Under the pieces are notes generated by a model, which made no database searches, was not told where the DNA came from, and saw only the letters and a list, made by a program, of their open reading frames with translations. From an uncultured virus (IMG/VR IMGVR_UViG_3300035208_001903) (Duplodnaviria; Heunggongvirae; Uroviricota; Caudoviricetes): 64,000 nt of DNA. The position numbers and the translations under genes were made by a program. The stretch lies in the IMG/VR virus record IMGVR_UViG_3300035208_001903. One strand, written 5' to 3'. Positions 8,586 to 19,168 of the stretch are shown one piece after another. Position 1 is the stretch's first letter; each line of letters opens with the position of its first letter.

Positions 8586-10865
8586 TTATTCCAGACTTAA
8601 AAAATCTTGATAAGCTTCATGACATACCTTACAACCACATTCACCATGACAACCAGCTTCACAACTATCTAAACAAGTACAACCTTCAAGTCTATATAAT
8701 GCATTTTTTACATTTAACTTTATTTCGTGTTTAAACAAAAATAAATCCATATTAGTGTTATTGTTTATAAATCTAACTACATATTCATCAATCTGAGGTC
8801 CATAATTAATTATATGACCGATAGCTCCTTTAGCTAAACATATCTTACCTAAAGGTCCTAAATTTATTAATTCGTGGTCTTTTAATAAAACAACTTCATC
8901 TTTAATCTTCATAATTTAATTTCTTCTAATTCTGACATTTTAAAACCGCTCCATTCAGGCCAATAATATATAATCTTTTTTGGTAATTCTTTTTTTAACT
9001 TAACAGCTAATTCTCGACCTCGCTGGTTCAATATCTTTTCTTTTTTCTTTAAAACCTGATAATTCTTTCCAGTACACTTATTATCATAAAATAATATCCA
9101 ATCTTTAAATTCTTTCTCTAGTTCTTTAGATATACCAAGATCTTTATATTCTATCATTCCACTACCAGGATAATTCCATATACCAGTAGAATAAAAATCA
9201 GGAAATACTCTTATATGCTTTTTAATAGAATTCACGCTCATCCTCCTTTTCATACTCATCACATATTCCGTTTGCAACCACTAAATGCCCTTTGCTCCAT
9301 TTTTCCCAATCATCCATTAATTTTTCATATTCAATATTAAACTCATCTGTATCTTCTGATATATCCCTATCTTTTAAGTTCTTAGCCCAATCTTCGTTAC
9401 TCCAACATATACCACTTAAAGGTCTATCACCTTCTTTTTCACAATAATAATCTACATTTTCATCTTGCTGAGCCCAAATATAACAATGCTTACAATTTGA
9501 ACAAGCCTTCTGCTCACGATAACCTTTAGGAAGATCTTTCTTTTTCATATATCATTTTCCTTTTTAGAATCACCATTTGTTATCTTATCAATTTCATTTT
9601 TAATATTATTATCCTCCTGCATAATTTTTACTCTAGTAGCTTTTATATTATTATAAGCCCAACTCAATAAATCAAGTACATCATCAAAATCCTCTTTTTT
9701 AGCAGCTGCTGTATTTCCATCAAGAAACGTAAAAGTCCAACGACATCGCGGTGTAGTAGGACTTTCAAGTTCTGTAGGATATCCATCAATTATAATAGTA
9801 ACAGGTCTCATAATTCCCCTTTAAATATAGATAACGAATAATTTTCTTTCCAAGGTAAATAAACTATTAAATCAGATAAAACCTTCTTACCTTCTTTTGT
9901 AAGCATAAACCAACACAAACTTCCTTTATTAATACTATATGGTTTAAAATAAATTGAATTGTATTCAGTTTGATAACCTAATCCTAACCACGCTTCTGAT
10001 ATATCCTTTTTATCAGGCACAGCAAACATATAAAATCTTCTGTATGCTTCTAACAATAAAGATTTATTTCGATAACTAAGTCTGTTTCGTTTCTGCCAAT
10101 CTAATATGACTTCAGCAGCCTTTAACATATATTACTCCTTTATTATAATATGATCACCAATAGGAGTTTTAAAACCATACAAATTTTTATCAGTTCTAAG
10201 TATAAATTTACAACCATTTTTTATCTTACTATATTCTGTAATTTCCGTAAAGACTTGTATATTTCCTTGATATTCAACTATAACCGAACTCTGTGTAATC
10301 ATAATATTTGGAGTTATTTCTGTTTCAACAAAAGAAAATGTATTTAATATTCCACCCATTACCCAGCCAAAAACACAAACAAGCACAAAAATAATAGCTC
10401 CACCGGATTTTAAATTATGATCATCATCATTAAATACATACCCAGATAAAATTAAAGCAACGGATAAAGCAGTTAAAGTTATCAATATCCACATAAATTC
10501 TCCTATCCTTTTAATTGTTTAATGGTTTTATAATCAGGATGCCTATAATTTAACATCCATTCAGGAATTTTAATAAACTTCCCTCGCTTAACTACACTAA
10601 CACGAGATCCAACATCAGGTAAATTTTTATAAGTCTCATAATATTCATCTAATAACTTGGCCATTTTACCTTGCCACTTATCAGACATTTCATGCATCAA
10701 AACTCTAGGTATAGTTAAAAATGACGCTCTTGATAATCCAAACCACATCCATAAAGCATCATAACCGGGTCTGTTTATTACTTTTTGTTTAGGCATAAGT
10801 TTATTCTTTATATAGTGGAAGAAATTTGAACGCTTTAGGCCATTCTTCTCTCGGCTTAAAAACAA
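8586..10865 (-). CDS. run of 7 small hypothetical proteins (8586, 8909, 9222, 9545, 9808, 10132, 10503)
   Basis: Tightly packed, co-oriented ORFs of 88-122 aa with overlapping stop/start codons. No family recognised. Confidence 0.55.
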
Positions 10866-11106
10866 TTGCTATTTCCTGATTACCAAGAGAAGACTCAGTA
10901 ATAATAGCATAATCAGAAAATTCCTTGAAACGCTCAAACTCTACAGCAGTAACCTTACATACAACTTTATAAAAAGGACCTTCTAACCAAGTCTTAACTT
11001 CTTCTGTGTCTTTATATTTAAGATATGCTACTAATGATGCATGTGCCGCCGCTAAAATAGCATATCCTATAGGTATATCTTCCTTAATAAGAATATACAT
11101 CTTCAT
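10801..11106 (-). CDS. peptidyl-tRNA hydrolase, Pth2-like
   Basis: KMYILIKEDIPIG..AAAHAS, KVVCKV and C-terminal LPLY pattern typical of the PTH2 family. Confidence 0.8.
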   Translation of the reverse strand: MKMYILIKEDIPIGYAILAAAHASLVAYLKYKDTEEVKTWLEGPFYKVVCKVTAVEFERFKEFSDYAIITESSLGNQEIAIVFKPREEWPKAFKFLPLYKE

Positions 11107-11115
11107 ACATTAAAC

Positions 11116-11409
11116 CTACCAATCTATCCTCGTCAAAGCTGAAGCTGCGCCTTCACCACGATAAACATAAAAGAACAAGTATCTATGACCCGCATATGTG
11201 TACTCCACCCATCCGTCACATACTGGCTTGATGTCTGTAGCACCAGAAGGTACATGACTTAAAACAAACTTATATGTCTCCTCCTGTATAGCTTCAGATG
11301 CCTCGTTAAACTCCTTCGGACCAAACATCACAAATAACCCAACCATAAAGATCATCAAACCTATCAAAACACCACTCACAATTTTTGGAATCATTTTCCC
11401 TTCTGACAT
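11116..11409 (-). CDS. hypothetical membrane-anchored protein
   Basis: N-terminal transmembrane helix. Confidence 0.55.
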   Translation of the reverse strand: MSEGKMIPKIVSGVLIGLMIFMVGLFVMFGPKEFNEASEAIQEETYKFVLSHVPSGATDIKPVCDGWVEYTYAGHRYLFFYVYRGEGAASALTRIDW

Positions 11410-12380
11410 ATCAACCCCCTTTTATATTCCATTAAATCACTAATAAACTGAATTCTATTAAAATTAGGCATATCATTAATATTCTTCGTCCAAATCCTAA
11501 CAAAAGTCATATCATTTAAAAATTGTTCAAATTCACTCTTCAACATAACTTCAGGTCTTGATGAGCCATAACCACCGCCCCGACCTTCAAGATACTCTCC
11601 ATTATGTATTTTTTTGTCATAACAAACAGATACGCCCCCATCATGATGCCTATAACCATTAATAACCACTCCCTCAACAAACTTATCATCTACTATAATA
11701 TCATGACCGTGCTCATTTTCTTTCCAATTACCAATATAACATACAACTTTATCATTTAAATTAAAATGATCACATTTTCTATGATTACTTAATGCAGGAT
11801 GATTCTTTGCAGTCTTTAACAAAATATTTAAATAACTAATATATTCTTGACGCTTCTTTATATTCTCTATAGTCTGCTTCAATGATTTCTTTAACCCAGT
11901 AACAACTTCATTATCTTTCTTTTTATCACCAGTAAAATAACACAAACTATTAGTAACTCTTTCAATGTTTATACACGCATTGCTCAATATACTACAACTT
12001 CCATGAATCATATAATTATAACGAAAACTTCCGCCGCCGTTATGCTCACACCAACCACACATATTAAATGTTGTAATATCTCCATTACCATTTAACAAAT
12101 CAACTTCTTTTATTATTGCATCGTCTTCCTTCATTAATATATCTGATTTATCAGGCATTTTATACTTTGACTTGAGACTAATATAATTACCACTTTGTAT
12201 TAACTTTATATCTTTACGCAAATAAGCTCTAATATATTCATTACCTTCCTTAACTTTAATTTTATGATATTGTACCATACTTCTAATATTAGTCTTGCCC
12301 AAATTAATAATATCATTTTTATTACGAACGGACAAATCCCAATAACTAGGTATCAACGATTTAACACTAACAGATTTCAT
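11391..12380 (-). CDS. hypothetical protein, 329 aa
   Basis: Long ORF with GAAAGG RBS. CGWCEH and YRHHDG motifs; function unknown. Confidence 0.65.
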   Translation of the reverse strand: MKSVSVKSLIPSYWDLSVRNKNDIINLGKTNIRSMVQYHKIKVKEGNEYIRAYLRKDIKLIQSGNYISLKSKYKMPDKSDILMKEDDAIIKEVDLLNGNGDITTFNMCGWCEHNGGGSFRYNYMIHGSCSILSNACINIERVTNSLCYFTGDKKKDNEVVTGLKKSLKQTIENIKKRQEYISYLNILLKTAKNHPALSNHRKCDHFNLNDKVVCYIGNWKENEHGHDIIVDDKFVEGVVINGYRHHDGGVSVCYDKKIHNGEYLEGRGGGYGSSRPEVMLKSEFEQFLNDMTFVRIWTKNINDMPNFNRIQFISDLMEYKRGLICQKGK

Positions 12381-12507
12381 AACAATCCTTTCATAAATGT
12401 TTTAAACCTTATCCCTTTCATATACCATAATATACATTCATTCCAAAAATAATGCAAATCTTTTTATCTCTTGACTTTTCATCTATCTTGATATATATTC
12501 ATTTAAT

Positions 12508-14249
12508 ATGAAATTAAAAGACGGATCTCATTCTATCATCACCTTTAAAGATTATAAACCAGCCTTAGAAGCATTAATGCAAGAACTTCAATTTGATAAT
12601 ATTAAACTATACCTTCTCAGCGATGACTCATACGATATATTCTATATAACAAAAATAAATTTTATGCGAACAACAGAATTAATACACAACGAACTGCTTG
12701 ATACGCTCTATGAAACTAATTGAATTAAAACATAATTACTTTATTGAAATCAAATCTCAAGTTTGGTCTAACGTCGAATATCTATTATGGTCCAATGTAT
12801 GGTCTATAATTTGGGTTTCATTCAACTCTCAAATTAAACATACAGTTGGAAATCAATTTAATTTTAATTTCAATAACGAAATTGATTCAGAACTTTATCA
12901 AAATATATTAGAAGATCAAATAAATGAAACTAACAGAAATTAAAAATAGAACCGGAGTTTGGTATCATATTTCTACGCGTATTCGTGCAACAATTACTAG
13001 TCAATTCTATAACATACATCCACCTAAAATTACATGTCAAGTAGAGTCTATAGTTGTTACTAACGTTTGGTCTCAAGTCTACTTTAAAATTCAGGACCAA
13101 ATCCATGAAACTCTTAACCAAATATCCAAACAACTACCTATTGTTTAAACACTTACTAGCCCAAATAGGCTATACAAACTGTTTTAGACCAAACAACAGT
13201 CATTACGATATGCTACATATATCAATTAAAAAAGAACTAAACTCCCAAATACATAAAGTTTTCAACTATAAAAAAGTTTTCTCTACATCCCTTTATCCTA
13301 CAACATTCCACAATTTTAATATAATTCATAATTTAACCTATATTATAATAAAAGAACAAATCCATGAAACTATCCAATAAACCATCCAGACATGATATCC
13401 ATACTCAATTCTACTCTAAACCAATCATTTCAACACATCCACAAATAAATAACCAAATCCAAAACAATAGCCTTATCAATCATATACTATATACTATGTT
13501 ATGGAACGATCTTAACTTCAATACCTATAAAAGTATTAACCCTTCTCAAAGAATCATTACCAACGAAATGCATAATAAATTATATGAAACTATCTAACCT
13601 AACCTACGGAAATATCCAAAACATATACCTCTACCCTAAACAACTATCTAAACTAAGTCAAAATATCTTCAACAATATATTAAACAATATCCCTATCCCA
13701 TACATGCATCCTATACGAAAAAATATAGACTATAAAATATACTCACTAACTTCTAATATAATCCACCCAATCATTAATACCGAACTAACTCATATATGAA
13801 ACTATCCGATTTTAAAAATAAACAACATATACAAATAGCAATGACTGACACCATTAGATACAAAATCTATCTCATAATCTGTAACTCAATCCACATTAAA
13901 TATATTATTAGTTTAAAAAGATCCTTAATCTATCCATATACAACTTATAAAGTCGAGTCTCAAGTCATGCACCAAATCAATCCTAACATCCAGGACCAAA
14001 TTAATGAAACTCTCTAATATACACCCAAATAATATCCTCTCCATTGGCTATCAAGACACAACAACAAACTTTTATATTCTACTATATAAATCTATATTAA
14101 ACCAAAACGTAAATAAACACAATTGTCTTATACAAAATAAATTATATAATACAATACATTCATCACTATTCCATACAATATACCCAACTCTTAATACAGA
14201 ACTAATCAATACTACTCAAAGATCTCCCAATTCTTTCCAAATTATATAA
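12508..14249 (+). repeat. plus-strand cluster of MKL-family genes (12710, 12924, 13105, 13364, 13584, 13796, 14004; 12508 leads the operon)
   Basis: ORFs linked by ATGAAACT junctions. TTGACT-N17-TATATT promoter at about 12471-12499. Confidence 0.75.
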
Positions 14250-14687
14250 AATACCCTCCGGGAGTCTCACTATACCCCTAAAAAATCACTGGGGGTATAC
14301 TAGGCAATCCCAATACTGATACACTTTAAACTATTCCAATTAACTTCAAAGTTCCTGCCAAAAAATTTTTAAAATATATAATGCCACTTGGGAGTCTCAT
14401 GATACTTCCAAAAAACTACTAGGGGTAGGTCCATTCCCAATACTAAGAACTTTAAATACATTCAAGATTTTAAAGAAACTGCCTGAGACTTCAGCACCCC
14501 TAGGGAACCCCTATAAAAACACCCTATTTTTAAGGGTATTCTATGGACTGGATATAGGGGTATTTGGGGGTATATAGGGTTATATAGCCACCTTAAAATA
14601 CAGTATATGTAAGTATGGGGGTATATAGTGTATAGGTGGTATATAGGGTATAGGGTATTACGTAGGGGTTAAATCAATAGCTTTATA
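14250..14687. other. non-coding interval with repeats and sharp GC-skew inversion; candidate replication origin
   Basis: Lies between convergent genes. Two imperfect direct repeats (GGGAGTCTCA..CCCAATACT..CTTTAAA) near 14260 and 14390. Inverted repeat TATACCCC/GGGGTATA at 14271-14299. The plus strand is C-rich to the left of about 14530 and G-rich to the right. Confidence 0.45.
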
Positions 14688-14961
14688 TTAGGTGGTATGA
14701 ATACTATGGTATATCTCTTTCATAGTTCTTTTAAGTAGTCTAGTATTAGTATTGATATTATTAAGTAGAGGTATATAGAGTTTGTTTAGAACTGTATTAA
14801 GATTAGTTGATGAATTATATTTTATGATTAGATCTTCTATTTCAGTTAGGATAGTAGAAGTAGATTTAGATATATGGTTATTATGTAGGTATAGTTTATT
14901 TGATTTATAGTTAGTGATATGATTCATTATGTATATAGGATAGTTTATTTAAAGTAAAGGA

Positions 14962-15201
14962 TTAATGTATTTTATTTACTTCATCGACTTGAGACACGAC
15001 TTGAGAACTGACTTGAGAAAAGACTTGAGACACGACTTGAGAATAGACTCGAGACACGACTTGAGAAAAGACTTGAGACACGACTTGAGAATAGACTCGA
15101 GACCAGACTTGAGACCAGACTTGAGAATAGACTTGAGACCAGACTTGAGACTCGACTTGAGACCCGACTTGAGACCTATTTTTTATTTTAGTTAGTTTCA
15201 T
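14962..15201 (-). CDS. MKL-family protein built from (x-S-Q-V)n repeats
   Basis: 12-bp unit NNN-TCT-CAA-GTC repeated about 15 times after MKLTKIKNR. Confidence 0.75.
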   Translation of the reverse strand: MKLTKIKNRSQVGSQVESQVWSQVYSQVWSQVWSRVYSQVVSQVFSQVVSRVYSQVVSQVFSQVSSQVVSQVDEVNKIH

Positions 15202-15391
15202 ATTGATTTAGATTATGGTTATGTTCTTTAATGCAGTCTAGTTCTACTTGATAGCAGGCTAGTATATGTTCAGACCAGGAGCAAGGTTTATGATCTGGTT
15301 CGTTATTATATTCGTTGAATGATTGGATTAGTATATCAATATTATCAGAAGTGTAATCGTCTATTGAAGGTATATACATTGGAATGATTCT

Positions 15392-15883
15392 TTATTTGTT
15401 ATTAGCGATATCAAACATATAGGGGAAGCCAAATTGTTCAGATTCATTTTGAAGTAGTTGAGCTTCGGTAAGTAAGTTATTATATCTCTTGGTTAGTATA
15501 TCTATTGCGGGTAAGTTGTTTATACGTTGATTGATATCAGTGATTGCGTTTTGGACCCAGGTGTTAAGGTCATTGAACTCTTTGAGATTAAATCTTTTAG
15601 ACTCTGTATTACATATATCAAAGTAAATAGCGTTACCGTTTTTATATGCGATAAGATTGATCTTGTGACCGAATGAAGATATATCAAGTCTGAAGTGATA
15701 GTCTGTTTTAGTTTCAAGGAAGGTGATAAGTCTTTTATTAATCACTTTACCTTCCCATGCTTTGAGTTCAGAAGCAATTAAGTTAAACAGATTAACTTTA
15801 TCTTGGACTTCTTTTATATCCATTTGAACTTTAGTTTTGATTATGTTTGCTTCAAGAGGTTTAAGATATTGGATAAAAGACAT
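15392..15883 (-). CDS. hypothetical protein
   Basis: 163-aa ORF with GAAAGG RBS. Confidence 0.6.
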   Translation of the reverse strand: MSFIQYLKPLEANIIKTKVQMDIKEVQDKVNLFNLIASELKAWEGKVINKRLITFLETKTDYHFRLDISSFGHKINLIAYKNGNAIYFDICNTESKRFNLKEFNDLNTWVQNAITDINQRINNLPAIDILTKRYNNLLTEAQLLQNESEQFGFPYMFDIANNK

Positions 15884-16209
15884 AATGGATCCTTTCGTTA
15901 AACAGTTTTAGATAGTTGCCATAATACTAACCGCTGCTTTGCTGATACACCACGACGACTATTAAACACACGACGATAATGTTCCTTTACATTTTTGATA
16001 TGACCAACAAATCCATTTTCTTTTAAGTATTCAACCATACAGATATAAAGTGTTTTGTTTATCATATTGAATTAACTTTGTTCTAGACCTTGTTCGTATG
16101 CTGACATTGCGTAGAAGAGTTCGGCCCGTTCATTTAGTTTAACCAAGTCGACTTCATCGGGTATGACTTGCTCTTGTTCAGGCTTTGTATCTTCTGTCAG
16201 GATAATCAT

Positions 16210-16785
16210 TTAGATACTTTCCATTTCGGTTATAGGTTTGCCAATCGTGATACCATAACCGGCAAAGCGTACAATGTTCTGAAGTTTGATATTGTTGACT
16301 ATGACTTCTTTCTGTATACCGGTTTCCTGTTGTTTCTTACTGCCGTGATTGATAGGAAGGAATTCAGATTCAAGTCTGTCTGATTGGTCTTGTGACAAAG
16401 GAGTATCATCATCAAACTTATAATAGTATTTTGAAGTAGGGGAGTTCTTGTTCTCATACATCATTTCAAGATAAACTTGGTTCTTATGTTCGATAAGGAT
16501 GGAGTTAGCAATACGTGTTCCCCATTTACGGTGTTCGACTTGAAAGGTATTATCATTACCTTCGCGCTCAAGGCGGTTGTTGATTGTCTTTTCGTAATGC
16601 AGACCGCAAGTACCATAATACCTGCAGTACTTATAAATGTTTCTGTTGTTAAAGACTTCGGTAAGGGATTGACCGGTGCGGCGTGAAGATTGTATACACT
16701 TGGGAGTTACATCGATCTTAAGGTCGACTGTGACTTGTGAAGATCCTTTGAGTGCAAGAAAGACTTCTTTAATGTTCTGGTTCAT
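16210..16785 (-). CDS. hypothetical phage protein
   Basis: 191-aa ORF behind its own promoter/leader module. Confidence 0.65.
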   Translation of the reverse strand: MNQNIKEVFLALKGSSQVTVDLKIDVTPKCIQSSRRTGQSLTEVFNNRNIYKYCRYYGTCGLHYEKTINNRLEREGNDNTFQVEHRKWGTRIANSILIEHKNQVYLEMMYENKNSPTSKYYYKFDDDTPLSQDQSDRLESEFLPINHGSKKQQETGIQKEVIVNNIKLQNIVRFAGYGITIGKPITEMESI

Positions 16786-16790
16786 ACATT

Positions 16791-16844
16791 ACCTTTCTAT
16801 TCAGGTATGATAACAATATACATCATGGCAGTTAGTTTGTCAAG
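16791..16844 (-). promoter_or_regulatory. representative early promoter + leader module (CTTGACA-N17-TATATT, leader TCATACCTGAATAGAAAGG)
   Basis: -35 at 16838-16843, -10 at 16815-16820. The same leader recurs at 17284, 18235, 23607, 24761 and 25064. The promoter motif recurs more than 30 times in the window, mostly at 16.8-28 kb, also near 38112, 41534, 43252, 44428 and 61032. Confidence 0.85.
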
Positions 16845-16846
16845 GG

Positions 16847-17275
16847 CTATTTCATAAGAAAGTGTTTCATGCATTCCGGGCCGATACCGCGCTCAATTGA
16901 TTCAGGAGTAGTAAGGACTTTACTACACCGGCAGCAGCGCCCTTCATGTTGTATTGCATATCCTTCCGGCAATGGTTTATTATCAGCTACTTGTTTAATT
17001 GCCCATTGAATAACTTTGACGGGAATTGAATCATACTTATACTTAGACTTGGCAGTGAGTCTTATTTCGTTATGTTGTGGAATGTATATACCAAGGTAAG
17101 TATAGTCGTTTGTGTTTTGAGGACCGGTAAGGAGTTTGACAAAGAAGGGCGGGTTAGGATTATCAGTGAACTTAGGCTTACGGATTTTATAAGTATAGTG
17201 ATTGCCTTTGTTATTGCTGATGGTAAAGATTGCGTTACCGCCTGAGAAGAATCTTACGTCGTGGATATTATTCAT
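16847..17275 (-). CDS. DUF6011-like zinc-finger protein
   Basis: C-terminal GRCCRCSKVLTTPESIERGIGPEC motif. Confidence 0.75.
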   Translation of the reverse strand: MNNIHDVRFFSGGNAIFTISNNKGNHYTYKIRKPKFTDNPNPPFFVKLLTGPQNTNDYTYLGIYIPQHNEIRLTAKSKYKYDSIPVKVIQWAIKQVADNKPLPEGYAIQHEGRCCRCSKVLTTPESIERGIGPECMKHFLMK

Positions 17276-17339
17276 TGTCTAGTACCTTTCTATTCAGGTA
17301 TGACAACAATATACATCATGGTAACTAAAAAGTCAAGAG

Positions 17340-17506
17340 GGTAATTACACTTTCTAGATACGCCTACGGTAACTGAATACCGACCCGCTCCTAGTTTATA
17401 GGCTGCGGCTATATTCGTTCAACGTGACAATCCTTGCCCGGGTTTGGATTAAAGGCACTTGGGGCCTACAAGGCTCTAAGCCACGCTTGTCAAAAGTGTA
17501 ACTACC
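17340..17506 (-). ncRNA. putative structured ncRNA (~167 nt) after promoter and boxA-like site
   Basis: 14-bp closing stem GGTAGTTACACTTT/AAAGTGTAATTACC and several internal hairpins. No ORF on the transcribed strand. TGTTCTTTGAAA at 17511-17522. Confidence 0.65.
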
Positions 17507-17544
17507 TGACTTTCAAAGAACAAAACAAATATACATTATGGTAT

Positions 17545-18228
17545 TCAGTTTGTCAAGGTCTTCACGAAAGAAAGTCTACCTTTACATTTCAAACATATTC
17601 TAGTTTGACCTTGTAGTATTCTGTTATGTTTTATAGAAGTTAAATGAAACTCCCGGCAGTTACATTTATATACAAAGGGTCTTGAAACTTTTCTGGCTGC
17701 TTGGGTTTCATAAGAGTGACAACGTTCTGGAGTTAAACCAAAGACTACTATCATTATGTTTTGCCATTCCCTACCATGAGGTTTTACATTATAACCGTAT
17801 TTAACTCTATTCAACTGGTGTGCAATCTCATGCGGTATAACCTGTTTCAAGTAATGTTCTAGATTGTTCTTAGCAATTTCAAGATTGAATCTATACTTCG
17901 TGTGACAAAACATTCCACCACAATGACCTTTCAAGTCAAAGTGAACTGGTAACTTAGGTATGTTTATATCAGGAAAGACCTTAGCGATTTTATTATAGCA
18001 CTCGTTGACTTTATCTTCTATAGCAGTTTTAATATCATCATTGTGGTATGTATCTATTGAATTAGAAGTAGTTTGATTTTTCAATAGATAGTTTTGTATT
18101 GTGGCATGAACGGTTTGAACTGTTATACCAAGTTGAAGTGCTACTTGTTTTTTACTTTCGGGGGTGTTATTGATCTTACCGGTTTCAAACATCAGGCGGA
18201 TTAGTTGGGCTTTACTTATTGTTGACAT
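17545..18228 (-). CDS. SprT-like zinc metalloprotease with N-terminal HTH-like region
   Basis: VIPHEIAH (HExxH), HGREWQ, and a C-terminal CxC..H..CxxC zinc ribbon. Confidence 0.88.
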   Translation of the reverse strand: MSTISKAQLIRLMFETGKINNTPESKKQVALQLGITVQTVHATIQNYLLKNQTTSNSIDTYHNDDIKTAIEDKVNECYNKIAKVFPDINIPKLPVHFDLKGHCGGMFCHTKYRFNLEIAKNNLEHYLKQVIPHEIAHQLNRVKYGYNVKPHGREWQNIMIVVFGLTPERCHSYETQAARKVSRPFVYKCNCREFHLTSIKHNRILQGQTRICLKCKGRLSFVKTLTN

Positions 18229-18313
18229 TGAAATACCTTTCTATTCAGGTATGATATGAATATACATTGTGGGAGTTAGTTTGTCAAGAGGGTATACTTA
18301 AATACTTTATAAT

Positions 18314-18389
18314 TAGTTTAAACGGTTAAATAGAAGACCTGGTTTCGTCTTGGTTCCCTGTGCTAAGTTAATAGCAAAGATATTTCAGT
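18314..18389 (-). ncRNA. copy 1 of 5 of a ~76-nt promoter-driven small RNA motif
   Basis: ACTGAAATATC-hairpin-GGGAACCAAGACGAAACCAGGTCTT..TTTAACCGTTTAAACTA starting about 7 nt after a consensus -10. Confidence 0.65.
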
Positions 18390-18428
18390 TAGAACAATAT
18401 ACATCATGGAAGTTAATTTGTCAAGGGT

Positions 18429-18467
18429 AAAAAGAAATGGCCCGCACCGAGACAGGTACGAGCCATT
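18429..18467 (-). terminator. intrinsic terminator
   Basis: AATGGCTCGTACC-loop-GGTGCGGGCCATT followed by TCTTTTT on the minus strand. Confidence 0.8.
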
Positions 18468-18469
18468 CC

Positions 18470-18679
18470 TTCCCTTCTATACTCAACAGTCACTATCCAT
18501 TGGACTGCTCGCCTGCAAGCGACTCCATGTAAGTCCTTTGCAGAGAACTTACAATGTCGTGAGATTTTTAAAGAACAAAGTCACCATAGTTGGGATACAC
18601 AATCGAAGTATCCATTCAAGGGCTCCTGTATTGTTCTAGGGGGATAATGTTGCATTCCTAGTACAGGCTATGGCTAAAA
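18470..18679 (-). ncRNA. two tandem structured RNA domains, each preceded by a boxA-like site; the second has complementary hairpin loops
   Basis: boxA-like sites at 18680-18691 and 18566-18577. Domain 1 is closed by GCCATAG/CTATGGT with two inner hairpins. Domain 2 loops CTGCAA and TTGCAG are complementary. Confidence 0.65.
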
Positions 18680-18739
18680 TGTTAAAGAACAATCTTTCTT
18701 GTATTTATAATATACATCATGTATCTTGAAAAGTCAAGA

Positions 18740-18898
18740 GGCAATTATACTCCAGCATTTTTCCGATTTTCACGGATGGTGCTTGGATTCGCCAATTCTA
18801 AAGTCTTGATCCATATGGTCGCCTTTCGACTTGACACTCCCAGCTAAGGGTCGTGTCTTATGGATTGCAGCGTCTCGATTCCGCCAAGTATAAAGGCC
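18740..18898 (-). ncRNA. putative structured ncRNA (~159 nt) after promoter and boxA-like site
   Basis: Closing stem GGCCTTTATACTT/GAGTATAATTGCC, inner ATCCATA/TATGGAT stem enclosing two hairpins, and the same 5' leader as the 17340-17506 RNA. Confidence 0.65.
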
Positions 18899-19168
18899 CC
18901 GGACTTTCAAAGAACAAAACAAATATACATCATGCCGCACAGATTGTCAAGACCCAATTGAAACATTGTGTAACATAAGGGGTTACCTGCATTATCAACG
19001 TAGCAACCTGATGAACCAAAGCAATACCAAAGCCTACCACCATAATCAGCATCATAACAAGGAAGGAACCTACCGTGAGAAGGATAGCACCGATTGTTGC
19101 AAGCATTTCATTTCTCCTTGTTTAAGTTATGATACTAATATACATCATGGTACTTAGTTTGTCAAGAC

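Noticed and set aside
14986..15175. GACTTGAGA repeats as a mini-CRISPR or iterons
   Set aside because: The period is only 12 bp with 3-nt variable parts, in frame within genes.
17434..19157. Plus-strand ORFs 17434, 18406 and 18966
   Set aside because: Antisense to promoter-driven minus-strand units, overlapping promoters, with no RBS or motif.
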